Of a DNA stretch of 64,000 bases, positions 44,230 through 61,483 are shown piece by piece (position 1 is the first letter of the stretch; every line of letters starts with the position of its first letter). Where the stretch lies: the NCBI GenBank assembly GCA_009914755.4, contig CP068257.2:23904001-23968000 (forward strand), in the 5' to 3' direction. This stretch comes from the human T2T-CHM13v2.0 reference genome, Homo sapiens. Under the pieces are notes generated by a model. The model was not told the origin of the DNA. It did not search any database and was given only the letters and a program-made list of their open reading frames with translations. Both the position numbers and the translations under genes were made by a program.

Positions 44230-45960
44230 ATAGACTGGAAACCTCAACATATTAAAGATGTCAATTCTCCCCAAACTGCTATACAGGTCTAATGGACTTA
44301 TCAGAATCTCAGGAAGACTCTGTTGACATTGAAAATATTATCCTAACATTAAATGGAAACTCAAAGAGACTAGAAGAGTTAAAACAATTTTGATTAAAAA
44401 ACAGTAACAAGGGAGGAATTACTCTACCTGATTTCACAGCCTATTTAGAGCTACAGTAATCAAGACTGGGTGGTACTGGTAGAGAGCTAAACATATGTGA
44501 TCAATGGAACAGAATAGAGGACCCAAAAATAGGCCTACATAAATATGCTCAGCTAATTTTTAACAAAGAGGCAAAAGTAACTCAGTGGAGGAAGAGTGGC
44601 CTTTTCAACGAATGGTGTTGGAGCAATCTGACATCTATAGCCCACAAAAAAAAAAACACAAAAAAACCTAAACCTAAATCTCACACTCATAGAAAAATTA
44701 ACTCAAAATGGACCACAGATTTAAACAAATGTAAAACTCTAAAACTTTTAGGAGGGAAAAAAAAAAGGAGAAAATCTTTGGGATGTAGGACTGGTCAAAG
44801 AGTTCTTAGAATTAACCCCAAAAACATAATCTATAAAAACAAAAATGTTATCAAATTTTAATAAACTAGTTTCATCAAAATTAAAAACTTCTCTGCAAAA
44901 GGCTGCTCAGAGAATGAGAAAACAAGCCACATATACAAACACAAGGTACAGACAGAAAAAGAGAGAAATCTGAAAACTACATATCTAACAAAAAACTAGT
45001 ATCTACAACATATAAAGAACTCTCAAAACTCAACTGTTAAAAAGTAAAACAATCTAATTAGAACACTAGCAAAAGACATAAACAGACATTGCACCAATGA
45101 AGATATACAGATGGCAAATAAGTACATGAAAAAATGATCAATACCATTGGTCAACAGAGAAATTCAAATTAAAACTACAATGAGAAATCACTACAAACAT
45201 ATCAGAATGACTAAAACAAAAAAAAAAAGTAGTGACAGCATCAAATGCTAGTGAGGATGTGGAAAAACTGATCACTCACACATTGCCAGTGGGAATGTAA
45301 AATGGTACCGTCACTCTGGAACACTTTGGTTGTTTCTTAAAAAACTAAACATACACTTATCATATGACCCAGCAATTGCACTCCTGGGTATTTATCCCAG
45401 AGAAATATTCACAAAAACCTGCACACAATGTCACAGCAGCTTTATTTGTAATAGCCAAAGACTGAAAATAACTCAGATGTCCTTTGATGGATGAATGGTT
45501 AAACAAACCATGATACATCCAGACCAAGTAATACTACTTAGCAATAAGAATGAATGAACTACTGATATACTCAATGTACTCGGATGAAATCTCCAGAGAA
45601 TTATACTGAGTGAAAAGTGCCAATCCCAAAAAATTACATACCGTTTGATCCCATTCATATAATATTCTTGAAGTGACAAAATTATAGAAAAGGAAAACAG
45701 ATAAGTAGTTGGCAGGGGTAAGCAGGCAGGGTAATGGGGACAACAGAGGGAAGTGGCTGTAAATGCGTGTGTCTATAAAAGGCCAACATGAGGGATCCCC
45801 GTAGTGAAGGAATTGTCCTGTATCTTCATTGTATCGCTGTCCATACCCTGGTGGTGATACTGTATTTTAGTACTGCAAGATGCTACCATTGAGGAAACCA
45901 AGTAAAGGTACATGGGATCTCTCTATGTCTTATAACCCAATTATCTCAAAATCAAAAATT
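44230..45960 (+). mobile_element. Old L1 (L1M-like) ORF2 3' portion plus 3' UTR in MRPL39 intron 8
   Basis: cagcaattgcactcctgggtatttatcccagagaaatattcacaaaaacctgcacacaatgtcacagcagctttatttgtaatagccaaagactgaaaataactcagatgtcc. Highly diverged. Confidence 0.7.
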
Positions 45961-46363
45961 TAAATAAAAAGATTAGCAAGGGGTGGGAGCAATGTGGAAA
46001 ATGTCAGGCTTCGGGTCATGATGGATCATTAAAATTAGAGGGAAGAGCATGCCAAATTTAAGCTTAAAAGGCATTCCAGAAAGTCTTACCAATACGCACT
46101 CTAATACCCCCTCTGTCAATGTACCCTCACCTATGCTAACTTGAAATTTTTAAATGCTATGTCAATTTAATTTTTTCAACTAATGTTTCTTTTGTAATTG
46201 TATATTTACACCCTGGGCAACTTTGTTTTTAATCATAAACCTGAGTTTATAAAATATTAGTGTCACATAACTTAAGAAAAATTAAAAGTTTATATTCTTC
46301 AAACTGGTATAAAATCAAGTCCGGAATTATATCTATACCCAAATTGGAAGAACTAGAACTTTA

Positions 46364-46630
<267 letters not shown>

Positions 46631-47455
46631 TCAAGAACATTATATATGGTTCAATTCAGTTTCTAATGACCCCTGACATAATGATCTCAAGTAAAGAGGC
46701 TAAAACTTTGAAAATTAAATCAAATGAACCATTTTCTTAATTAGCATTGATATAGGTTTTAAGGTCTTTAAGAGTCACGCAACACATCATGCTATCAAGC
46801 TGATCCAATTGCCTAAAACCGATCATCTACAACCTTACAATAACCCATGTAACGAAGCTGAGAATTCAGTGTGTAGGACAGATTGTGTTCAGAAACAAAG
46901 GGCAGTTTCTAGAGGAAAAAAGTGAAGTCCAATTCATAAAAACAGGAGGTTGAGAAAATGGATCCAGGTCATGAAGTCATTTCTGCAGAATGCATTGTCT
47001 TGGGACTTGCTCCCCATGGGAGAACGTCATCATAAGCAGTGGACCTTTCTCATCCATGCGTGAGAAAGCACATTCTGGCTTAACTTACATGTATCATAAG
47101 TAATTACTAGTTAGTCAGTATTCATATGAATTACGATGTTCAATTCATCACAACGACTATCTTGCCCAGTTTCAAAACACCTAAAAATTACATTCTTAAA
47201 CAGTGGTTTTCAACTCAAAATTAAATAAAAATAGCAAACAATAAAATGAGGATTATAGAAACCACAAGTGTTCCTGAAGATAATTTAAAGCTTCCATTTA
47301 CCACCATAACAAAACAATGAACGAAGCAACCAAAAATAAGGTAATAAGAACAAAATAAGACACAAATTCATCTTTTTTGGTCATATGCTTCATTCAGATA
47401 ACAATAAAGCTAAGCCTTACTCTAACATAGCAGCCAGTTTTTAGACTTTTACTTA

Positions 47456-47557
<102 letters not shown>

Positions 47558-47812
47558 TCAAAATATGTGAAAAGGTGTTTAAAGATACCTCCCTTTCTCT
47601 TCCTCTTCAGCCATACTTTCTGAGAGTAGGTTACACTTGGAACCTCCCTTTAATCTGGCCACAGCCCCATGACTCTGCCAAACTGTTCTCAACAAAGTCA
47701 CAGACCTGCTTGGTGTCAACCCAGTGGACATTTTTTGGTCCTCATTTTCTTAATACGAATGCTCACCTCCACTTCTCAATGTGTTCTTTCTTTCCATTTT
47801 TATTTCTTTTTA

Positions 47813-48253
<441 letters not shown>

Positions 48254-49660
48254 TGAGCTACAACTTATGTAGTTGTATGTCCTATATCTCTGCTTCTAAT
48301 CTACCTACCTCTTCTGACCACCAAACTGTATATCCAAGACCCATTTGGACATCCTCTAGGATGTTCCACAAGCACCTTACCCTGAAATTTGCAAACTGCA
48401 CAAATTACCACCTCTTTCCCCGCCCAAACTTGTTCTTCCTCCTGAATTTCCTGTCTTAGTACGATACCACCAACCACCCAGGTGTCCATGTGAAAAACCT
48501 GGGAGATTTCCTTGATTCCTTTCTCCTACCATATCTCCTTTATTCAATTCATTATCAAGTTGTCAATTTGACTGCCCAGTATCTCTCAAATCTACCCAAT
48601 TCTGTCAGTATAGCTAAAGGCACAGATGAAACTGCACAGCCCAGGTTCAAACCATGACTTTACCATTTACTATTGAGAGCTTTGTCTGTTTACCTCAGGG
48701 TGCTAAACAAGTAATATGTGTAGGTGCACCACAGGTGTATGCACAATTATGTGGCAAAGTTAGGGAACACTGGTTTATGCAAAAACACCCACTGACTGCT
48801 ACAGTCCCCCAGGCACTAATAAGGGTGCCAATTCGCTTGAATACTTATCCCTCCTGACCCACCTCCAAGAGATGCTCCTGTCCCCTGAGAGTCAAAGCCA
48901 CAAAAAGGTCCCACCCTTACTCCTGCAGCAGAAGGACTCAATCACTGACCCACCTTCAATGAACCAACTCTTTTGTCCTATCAAGCTTCCTCCAGAATTA
49001 TCCCCTTCCTCCTACCACACACTCAACTAAGTTACAAAAGTCCCAGAAGCCGCTACCAGTCCTTGACAGTTAGAGGAATGGGAAATCTCAATGTGTACTG
49101 AATGGAAGTCAAAAGTACACTGTCCAGTAAAGTACCATGGTGCACTTAAATGTGATTAGTACTAGTTAAAATGTGCCTTAAGTGTAAAACACATACCAGG
49201 TTCTGAAGATTTAGTGAAAAAGAATATAAAATAACATCAATATTTTAATATTGATTACACTAACATTTTAGATGTATCATTTAAATAAAATCATTAAAAT
49301 TAACTTCAACTTTTGTTTTGACTTTTTTTCAATGCAACTACAGAAAATTTCAAATTATACAGATGTCTCATATTATATTTCTTTTGGGCAGCATGTGCCT
49401 AGACTTTTGTCACAGAGAGTGACTTCACGTGTTCAGATAGTCCAAAGAATTTTCTTGTCGAATCAATGCTATAAATGGTGGTTTGGTTCTACAATACTAT
49501 CTGTACTCTAGTTAAAACAGTACATTACAACTGGTTTCTAAATCCACTGGTTCCAGGACACGCTAAAAATGTTTCAAGAAAAAGTGTTTCATGGGCAAAT
49601 ATATTTGGGAAATTTTCAATGTCCACTTTGGGAGACCGTTGAGTGCGATGAGTAAAAATT

Positions 49661-49955
49661 TTTTTTTTTTTTTTGAGACGGAGTCTCGCTCTTTCGCCCA
49701 GGCCGGACTGCAGTGGCGCCAACTAGGCTCACTGCAAGCTCCACCTCCCGGGTTCACGCCATTCTCCTGCCTCAGCCTCCTGAGTAGCTGGGACTACAGG
49801 CGCCCGCCACCACGCCCAGCTAATTTTTTGTATTTTTAAAAGAGACGGGGTTTCACCATGTTAGCCAAGATGGTCTCGATCTCCTGACCTCGTGATCTGC
49901 CCGCCTCGGCCTCCCAAAGTGCTGGGATTACAGGCGAGAGCCACCGCGCCCAGCC
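49661..49955 (-). mobile_element. Young AluY-like SINE in MRPL39 intron 6, with target-site duplication gagtaaaa(a)tttt
   Basis: Very close to the AluY consensus with many CpGs retained. The flanks at 49650-49660 and 49956-49969 match. Confidence 0.93.
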
Positions 49956-50860
49956 GAGTAAAATTTTTTAAGCCACTGTTCTTCAAACTCAGCTTAACAC
50001 AGTACATGGTTTCACATGTCAATTAACATCCTATAGAAGAATACTATAAGACAGACTGCTTTGAGAAATGCCAAGCTATAAAGCATGTGTCAAAAACACA
50101 CTCATAACTAACCCAATATATTTACGATAACCTATCCCTATGAGAATTTGTAATTCAACTTCTATATACCTAAAGAAATTCTAATCAGTAAACTTTCACA
50201 ATTCTTAGGTGCATATTTTGGCTTCAGACTCTGTTATTTTTTTTTTTACAGCACAGGTTTCTCTTTCTAGTTAGTTCTAATATTGTATTAGATTAATGTT
50301 AAAATTTAGCTCATGTTCTTACAACTGGTAGTAGAAGGTGAACTGAAAGTTTTCTGAGAACTGAGAAGCCAGGCAGGAATTAAAATGTTAAAGAAAATCC
50401 ATCAAATGAATAATTCACATGCAGAAGATTAAGACCTGGCTGTGTAAACATTTTACTTCAGCTGTCAGCCCCCTCCCAAACTGCTTGCATTTTCAATCTT
50501 ATCAGTGTCATTTTAAGTGTGGAGGGGTAGGAGAGAAACACTGCCAAATACACACAATTATATAGTCGCTTAACGTACATTATCACTTCACACTAGAAAG
50601 AAAAAAGGGAAACATGCCACTATGTTGATATAATGAGAAAGGCTGGTCCAAGAACAGAGAAGTAAAACAAAGTGAGAAAATTATCAAGGGACATGGGGAA
50701 CATTTTCCTCAGCGAAATAAATGAGATCACAGAGGTCTCAGACTGGAAAATAATACACTGTCACATGTATATCAAATATAAAAATTTTTAAGACCTGAAT
50801 TTTCTTTATTACATATAATACTGGGAGAGTTAGCCTTGATTTAAAGAAAGCCAACACTTA

Positions 50861-51151
<291 letters not shown>

Positions 51152-51877
51152 CTATAAAACTTCTTATTTACCTGTAATTAAGGTGTCAGCCTTCATTAAT
51201 ACTAATTATTAAAGAGAAAACTATACAGAAATTTTATCCAAATTATATAATTTCATCCAAATTATACAACCTTAAAATGTTTATTAAAACTATGATGCAG
51301 CAAGTAAAAATGCCAATAAATAAATAGCAAGACATAAAAATGTGTTTACAGTATGAATAAATCTAAGTTTATTAAATATATGGGGAAAAATTATTGTTTT
51401 CTTAATTAAGAAAGTTTCACTAGAAATGTAGCATCATCACCCACCCTGTACAAAGTATAGCATGTCCAATATTAAAAGTTTCTGCTTAATAAAAATGTCA
51501 ATTTTACACAATTAAAATGATGAAGAATACACATTAACAATGTGTTTAAGATTTTTAATAAAAATTCTAATTGAGCTTTCATACTGTAAATCATTACTAA
51601 TAACACAGAAAAAACCAAGCACTATTACACAAGTAATTTTTATAATGAAATTATTTCCATAAAAATCCTATTAGACTTTTTTGCATGAAATGACTTCTCT
51701 ATAAAGAATAATTTACTGTATAAAAAAATCAACATTCATGGTTTAATACAACTATTCCTTCAATGTAACTCTACCCTACTTTCTTTAAGCTGTCTACTCA
51801 ACCCAACTCCATGGAGTCGCAATCAGCTCACATATTTCTTTTGTAAGGTTTTATCTTTTAAAAAAGAAAAATGCAAA

Positions 51878-52030
51878 AGCCAAGCACAGTGGCATACACC
51901 TGCAGTTCCAGCTACTAGAAAGGCTGAGGCAGGAAGATTGCTTGGGCCCAGAAGTTCAAGGCCAGCCTGGGCAACATAGTGAGACCCCCATCTCTTTAAA
52001 AAAAAAAAAAAAGAGAGAGAGAGAAAGAAA
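51878..52030 (+). mobile_element. Free left Alu monomer (FLAM-like) with an A/GA-rich tail
   Basis: agccaagcacagtggcatacacctgcagttccagctact...ccagcctgggcaacatagtgagacccccatctc. Monomeric, with no right arm. Confidence 0.75.
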
Positions 52031-52185
52031 GAAAAAAGCAGTTATGTTTCACAGATAATGAAAATTAAATCTTGACCTCAGTTTTTACCTAACTTGCCCC
52101 AGTAAAAAAAATCTTAAATTTGGAGACATACTTGAAAAGGAAGAAGCTACACTGACAGGAGCCCAGAGGTCATGAAGAAACAGTT

Positions 52186-52279
52186 CCAATCCCTTCCCTC
52201 CCCTCTTTCCATCCTCTTCTCTCTCTCTTCCCTCTCCCTTTTTCTCATTCTTTCTTGATTCCCTCTTCTCTCCCTCTCA
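52186..52279. repeat. Polypyrimidine (CT-rich) tract of about 94 bp. It is polypurine on the MRPL39 transcript strand.
   Basis: cccttccctcccctctttccatcctcttctctctctcttccctctccctttttctcattctttcttgattccctcttctctccctctc. Confidence 0.9.
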
Positions 52280-53194
52280 ATATTATGTAATATGCGCAGG
52301 ATTATACAAAAAGTAATTTCCAAGGCCAAATTTAAAGCTGGATCTGCCCTTACTCCAAAATCCTTGCTTTTAAGAACCACTACAGTATTTTACTAAATCT
52401 AAGATGTATTACTAAGGGGAAAAAAAAAAAAAAAACACTACAAATTCTAATTGCAAGATACCATCTAATATAAGGCTTATATATTTTCAGAGATATTAAA
52501 TATAAAAAGAATGTACACAGTGGAAATGATAAAATGATGTGCTACACTGCTTCCCCTTTTCAGATCTCCAGACTCCCAATACATAGGACATATAGTTTTG
52601 TTTAATTAAGAATTAGGTATTTGCCTATTCTCCCCAGTCAGAACTACATCTCCAGGCTTGACCTTTGATAACCATCAGCACCCCTTACCTACTGAGCACC
52701 TGATCTAGACTGTCCTTGTTAGGCTCTGTTGCTACCCAAGTCCCAGACCAACAAGGACCATCCTCATTACAAAGGCAAACCATTCACAAAGAGTTTAGTT
52801 TGTTAATATTTCATTTGTTGATGCTTGAGTTAGCTTTGTCAAAGTCTGATTCTTTAATTCACCCAGCTCTCAATGTGACCCTTGTATATACAGGGACCTC
52901 ACTGTATGCAACAAGTTAAAATGGTTTAGGGGAGTGGTTTTCAAATTGTGCTCCAGCGACCCAAACAAGTATGGCTCCAGGCCCCCTACTACCACATGGG
53001 TCAAGATAGTTAAGTTTTTATATTTTATATTCTGGGCCTCTTGAAAACCACTACCTTAAAACCACTTAGAATGAACATCAAGAAAAGGTCAAGCAGAACA
53101 TAAAGTTTCAAGACAACTGACCATGTTGATGTAAATACTCTCATTCACATCCCTCTGTCTTAAATAGGCTGAAAAAGCAACAACACCAATAGAT

Positions 53195-53252
53195 AGATAG
53201 ATAGACAGACAGACAGATACATAGATACATAGATAGATACATAGATTCTTTT
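53195..53252. repeat. (GATA)n/(CAGA)n tetranucleotide microsatellite
   Basis: agatagatagatagacagacagacagatacatagatacatagatagatacatagat. Confidence 0.9.
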
Positions 53253-53306
53253 AAATGTTCTCAACATGCAGTACCATTCAACAATACTAACATAGGAATC
53301 ATTCTA

Positions 53307-53477
<171 letters not shown>

Positions 53478-53695
53478 TTACTAATTTGCAACAACTGAAT
53501 ATTTAGACCATAAAAAGGATTAGCACTCTCTCCCAACTCTACAAATTATAAAATGGTTGCCATTCTTCCAGCTGCTTGCCAGAGCTCTGTCAAATTTCCC
53601 TTAGCCAAAAGATTGTCAACCCCAAATCACAAATATTTTTTAAACATTCAAGTTTTCTTCAAAAATGCTATTGCCATACAGATTTCATACAGTTA

Positions 53696-54019
<324 letters not shown>

Positions 54020-54385
54020 TTAATGGATACAAAATGTTACATTTCTTTTATATCCCCTAAATATCTTCTTTTTGGGGTTTTGTTCTTAGAATCATTTCTT
54101 GAGCTTCTTTCAAATATTTTAGGTATATCTACTTCTTAAAAAAAAAAAAAATTAGACACGTGATCCTACCATACTTACTATTCCAAAATCCTAGTTTTAG
54201 CAAAATTACAGTCCACACCCTGTCATTTCACCAAAGTGCTGTCACTTTCCAAAGTAATGGTCCTGTCTGGTGAAATATTACCACCTAAGCACAGCTCTTT
54301 ACAGTAGTCTACTTATACTCAGATTTCCTCCTCCTCTATACATCCAATTTGGAAATATATGCTTAAAGTAAAAAATAAACGCTAA

Positions 54386-54775
<390 letters not shown>

Positions 54776-54920
54776 TCATGTTTCATCATAGTAAGAAAGA
54801 TTTTGTTACCCATGATAAATGACACATATGTATAATGGTAATTTATATTAGTACTAAACTCTATACGTCATCAAAAATAGGTACCAAAATATTTAAGGAT
54901 CACAAAAAGACATATACTTA

Positions 54921-55034
<114 letters not shown>

Positions 55035-55839
55035 CTAGAAAAAAAATATACATATATAAAATATATATAAACACACTGAGATTCACTAAAGTTTTGACAA
55101 TATTAAATTTTAAGTGAACTTCTGACTTAGAAAATATTTCTCATATATCTCTGTTCACACAATGTAGCAACAGTTACCATCAGGCCATGACGTTACCTCG
55201 ACCAAGCAAAAATCAAAAAAGAATGAAGCATGAACCTCAGGTTCTTAGCAATGTTTCTGTGCAAGATTTCAAACACCATAATGGTTATCAACCCCGACAG
55301 ATAGTTTTATTACCTGAAAGTATTTATTTTTAACCCACGATAAAGTTAACTTGTTAACAAACTTGTGCTAAAGTAAAATAAATATATTAATTATGTAACT
55401 TTGTATCATTTATAAATATGGAGAAAAACTCAACTTTTATGAATTATTAGTGACTCTTATCCTCTACCTAACACCCTAACACATCGTTCAGATTACTCAT
55501 ATTTACAGCAGAGCAGCAGGAACTGGGCTTTCATCTTACCAGCACATTTTGATTCATGGACATGCCTGAGATGGTATCAGAGCAATGACCTGATCAGTCA
55601 CAAGGAGAAACCTGCACCATACCTGTCCATCGTGTTCCCCTCCTGCTGACACTACTCTGTGCACTTTTCAGAAGCTCTTCTTAACATCTGAGGACTACAA
55701 AAGTGGGATCACTTCTCCATTATAAATTCAATGCAACCATATTACACTAAAAATAAGTACCGACCCAGGCCTTGAAGGCAAGTAGCAACATGTACTTCTT
55801 CATCTATCCTACCTAAATGTCTCTAAATGTCTGTTGAAC

Positions 55840-56070
55840 TCCAGTCAGAATGCCTAGGTTCAAATCTGGGCTCCACTATTTCCTAAATCAGTAACCTTGG
55901 TCAAGCTGCTGAACTTCTCTTTGTCTCAGTTTATTCATCGGGAAAATGGGGAGAATAGCACGAACTCACAGAGTTTGTATGAAGGTTAAATGAGTTAATA
56001 TCTGTAAATCACCTAGAACAGTGCCTGATACATAATACATACATACTCATTGTTGGCTATTACTGTCATT
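55840..56070 (+). mobile_element. MIR SINE in MRPL39 intron 3
   Basis: caaatctgggctccactatttcc...ctcagtttattcatcgggaaaatggggagaatag...gttaaatgagttaatatctgtaaatcacctagaacagtgcctgatacataat. Confidence 0.75.
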
Positions 56071-57308
56071 TCTATCATTTTCTTGTTCAACTATTTCAAC
56101 AAATATTTATTAAACACCTACTGTATGTATATCAAGAACTAGGTCCAATAAGGGAAATGGTCCCTATCTTCACATTCGACCGTTTATGTTACAAGACAAA
56201 ATTAAAATATCATATCTAGAGACTAGCCAAGTTGTGTGAGACCTTAGAGAAAAGAGGATTAATTTTGACAAGGAGAAACTTAGAAGTTTCCACAAAGCAG
56301 ATGGCCTTTTAATTGAATTGTAAAAGATAAATAGGATTTTAATAGAGAGAAAAGAAAATGCTCACATTTGGCGAAAGCATCAACAAAAGCAAGGTGGATA
56401 ACACAGCATAAACCATTAGTGACTGATATGGTTTAGCCCTGTGTTCCCACCCAAATCTCATCTCGAACGAAGGAGAGACCTGGTAGAAGGTGACTGGATA
56501 ATGGGGCGGTTTCCCCCAGGCTGTTCTCTTGATAGTGAGTTGAGTTCTCATGAGATCTAATGGTTTAAAGGTGTTTAGCAGTTCTTCCCTCACTCTCTCT
56601 CTTGCCTCCATGTAAGATGTTCCTGCTTCCCCTTCTACTATGATTGTTAAGTTTCCTGAAGCCTCTCCAGCCATGAAAAATTGAGTCAATTAAACTTCTT
56701 TTCTTTATAAATTACCCAGTCTCAGGGAGTTCTTTATAGCCGTGTGAAAACGGACTAATACAGTGACCAAGTACTCTAAAGAGGCCAGAGCAAGGAGGAA
56801 GTGGAAAGAAGCAGGGGGGAGGCCAAGCTGGAAAGGCAGGCTGGGAACAGATTATACAGGGCCTGGAAAGCTATGTGAATGTTAACAGGTAGGCAAGTTC
56901 TTTAGGTTTAAGTGACATGATCCTTGGACAAGTCACTTAATAAAGCTGTTATATGCCTGTAAAAGAACAACTTTTAAGTAACGAAAAAAAATAGTGGGGG
57001 GATGGGTAAGCAGAAAGAGTTAAAAAGTTATTGAAATCATCTAGATAAGATGGTCAAAGGCTGAATTCAAGCAGTAGCAGTGGAAATGGAATCACCCACA
57101 ATATAGAGAGTGATTAATGAATGTAAGTTGAACAAAGATATGAATATAAAAGACATAGCGTACAAAAATACCCACAAATGGATGCCACTGATAAGTTCTG
57201 AACTACAAAAGTGCCTAATCTAACAGGTAAAACATTGACTAAAGAGTACAATACAACATTTGAACTTGGCCATATTTTTACATTACACCCCATAGAAAAC
57301 AGGTCTTA

Positions 57309-57524
<216 letters not shown>

Positions 57525-57575
57525 TTATCTAACAAAATCCAGAGTGAAAAGTTACATGTTTAAGTGCTATATTTA

Positions 57576-57902
<327 letters not shown>

Positions 57903-59109
57903 TTACAAAATTTGTTCAGGCTACATCTAGTTTGAAATTAATTTGCTAATTATTAATGAAAAAAGTTACACTTGAATATTCAGAGAGCAGCATCATGGAT
58001 ACATTTGGATAGATACACACACAACTCAAAGTAAAAGGGAAATATATTAATACACACCTTCAAAAATCAGTTCTAGATTGGTTTTGGGTCTTGCTCCCAA
58101 ACCATCTCTTATTTCCATGACATAGATGCTTCAAGTTAAATACAGTAGTTATCATTTTTTAATAATTAATATTAACTCCCGGATAAGCCAATCAGCTCTG
58201 GTCTGTTTCATCATCCCAGAATGCAATGCCAACTGTTAATGCCAATTAGATGTTCTGCAATTACACAGCTACTCACAAAAGTAGTCAAACTACAAGGTCT
58301 AAATTATCAACCACTACATAAACCCCGTAAAGTCAGGGATCATGTCTACTTTTGCTCACTCATCAGTATATCCAGAGTCTAGCACCAGGCCTGGAATATA
58401 GCAGGTGTTCAATAACAGTTTACTGAATGACTGCAAGCATGAATGACAAGAACGTCTCATGGCAGGGGTCATGCTGAGGATGTTTCAGAAGCTTCATCAC
58501 TACATGTGATGTGTATAAAGCTCCTTAAGGGCCTGAGTTTTGTCTTATCCTCCTCTGTAGTCCTAATGCCTATCATATCGCAGAGGTTCCAGAAATACTT
58601 GAAAACCAAATGAGTAAATATTTATAAGTACTAATTCAAATGCCAGAGTGAAGGAAGATTAAGAGTGAGTGTACACTCTCTAGGCCAGTTTAAGCTGATA
58701 ACTAAAGTTGTTAATTACTTAAATGGAATGGTTACTGAGTTTTCCAAAAGTTTAAGCAATGCAGCTAGTCATGCCTGTATCTGTTTTGGGGCTTCTTTAG
58801 TTTAAATATTACCAGTTCTATCAAACGTACTATCAAAACATTTTGATCAAAAATAAAATATAGAAGTTCTTATTCCCTTCATTTCCACACAAAATCACAC
58901 ATGGGGCACAGTTGTCTCCTTTAAGATATACATAAATACTTTTACCCCAATCACATTCACCCCATGCACATTCCCACTCACACATTTACCACATGTACAT
59001 CTAAATGTCAACAAAAATACAACACAGAGAGAGCCAAGTGGAAAGCAGATGATAGATTAAGTTAGGCTATACAATGAAGAGGGGAGAAAGAAAAAGGCAG
59101 CAAAAAAAA

Positions 59110-59926
59110 GCTGATCATCTGAGGCCATGGCAATCCCTTTACACCAAAATCCTTTCTTGAGACCTGCACGGTGACTCCTCCCACCACATCACAGCCCTAG
59201 CTAAAAGGAGCAAGCAAATTCCAGCTACTTGGGAGGCTGAAGCAGGAGGAGAGCTTGAGGTCAGAAGTTCAAGACCAGCCTGGGCACCACAGCCACCCTC
59301 TCTCTCAAAAATAAAAATAAATTAGCCAGGTGTGATGGTGGGCACCTGTAGTCCCAGCTACTTGGTAGGCTGAGGCTAGGAGTTTCAGTGAGCTATGATA
59401 GTACCACTACACTCCAGCCTGGGAGCAGGGCCAGACCCCCATCTCTAAAATTAAATTAAATTAAAGGAGAAAGCACACTAGTAACAATGCACTCAGGTCT
59501 GGCCACCTTCTGCCAGAAAATTATCTAGTACCATAAACAAAGCCAGATTCAAACAAGCGCCAGGCAGGACAATCTGTGCACTACAGTGCCAACCTTGCAA
59601 TACTCAGAGTACCCTCCAGAACTACAGGGACAGTGAATAGACAATAAGGTGCCAGATAAAGAACCTCTGGGAAGTCCAGGGACTTCTGCGCCCACCACAT
59701 CTGGCTAATTTATTTCTATTTTTATTTTTTGAGAGACAGGGTGGCTATGGTGCCCAGGCTGGTCTTGAACTTCTGGCCTCAAGCTATCCTCCTGCTTCAG
59801 CCTCCCAAGTAACTGGGATTTGCTTGCTCTTTTTAGCTAGGTCTGTGATGTGGTGGGAGCAGTCACCATGCAGGTCTCAAGAAAGGATTTTGGTATAAAG
59901 GGATTGCCATGGCCACAGATGACCAG
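59110..59926. repeat. Inverted duplication. Left arm 59110-59345, right arm 59682-59926 (about 240 bp each, roughly 90% identical). The spacer is about 336 bp.
   Basis: Left: gctgatcatctgaggccatggcaatccctttacaccaaaatcctttcttgagacctgcacggtgactcctcccaccacatcacagccctagctaaaaggagcaagc... Reverse complement of right: ...ctggtcatctgtggccatggcaatccctttataccaaaatcctttcttgagacctgcatggtgactgctcccaccacatcacagacctagctaaaaagagcaagc. The homology continues through the first half of the Alu. Confidence 0.85.
59219..59468 (+). mobile_element. 5'-truncated, internally deleted Alu that is part of the left arm of an inverted duplication
   Basis: cccagctacttgggaggctgaagcaggaggagagcttgaggtcagaagttcaagaccagcctgggcaccac...ccagcctgggagcagggccagacccccatctc. 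Confidence 0.8.
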
Positions 59927-60010
59927 AAGTAATTACAGCATCCTGTCTCCTGCACCAGTGCTTCCACACAGCTTAAGTAAAAGGGTCAAAACTGTAACCT
60001 GATTCTGCTA

Positions 60011-60286
<276 letters not shown>

Positions 60287-60689
60287 TCAGAGGTAAAATT
60301 AAACCAATTTGTAATATTAACAAACACCAGCGGAAGAAACAGAGCTGGCCCAGATACGTGCCTCTACTTTTAAATTTGGCTCTTTCACATCAGATCGCTA
60401 TTTCCCACCAATTTCCTGTGTCGTGTTTCCAATCAGTGCTTTACAATAAGGGGCAAAAAGTAACCAGGAAACGGAGTCAAAACTGGACTAGAGTCATTGG
60501 GAAGGTGAACAAAGTGGTCGGTTTGACAGGGTCTGAAGAAAAACAAGAAAATTTCAGGAAACCAAAGGTCCCACACCGAAACTATCAATATCCAGAATGA
60601 GAAATGCTGAGTTTATATCCCAAAGGCCAAATCAGGGAACCTGCCAAGGCAAGTACGAGTATTCCTTGGGAAGACATGGACAGATGTGC

Positions 60690-61483
<794 letters not shown>

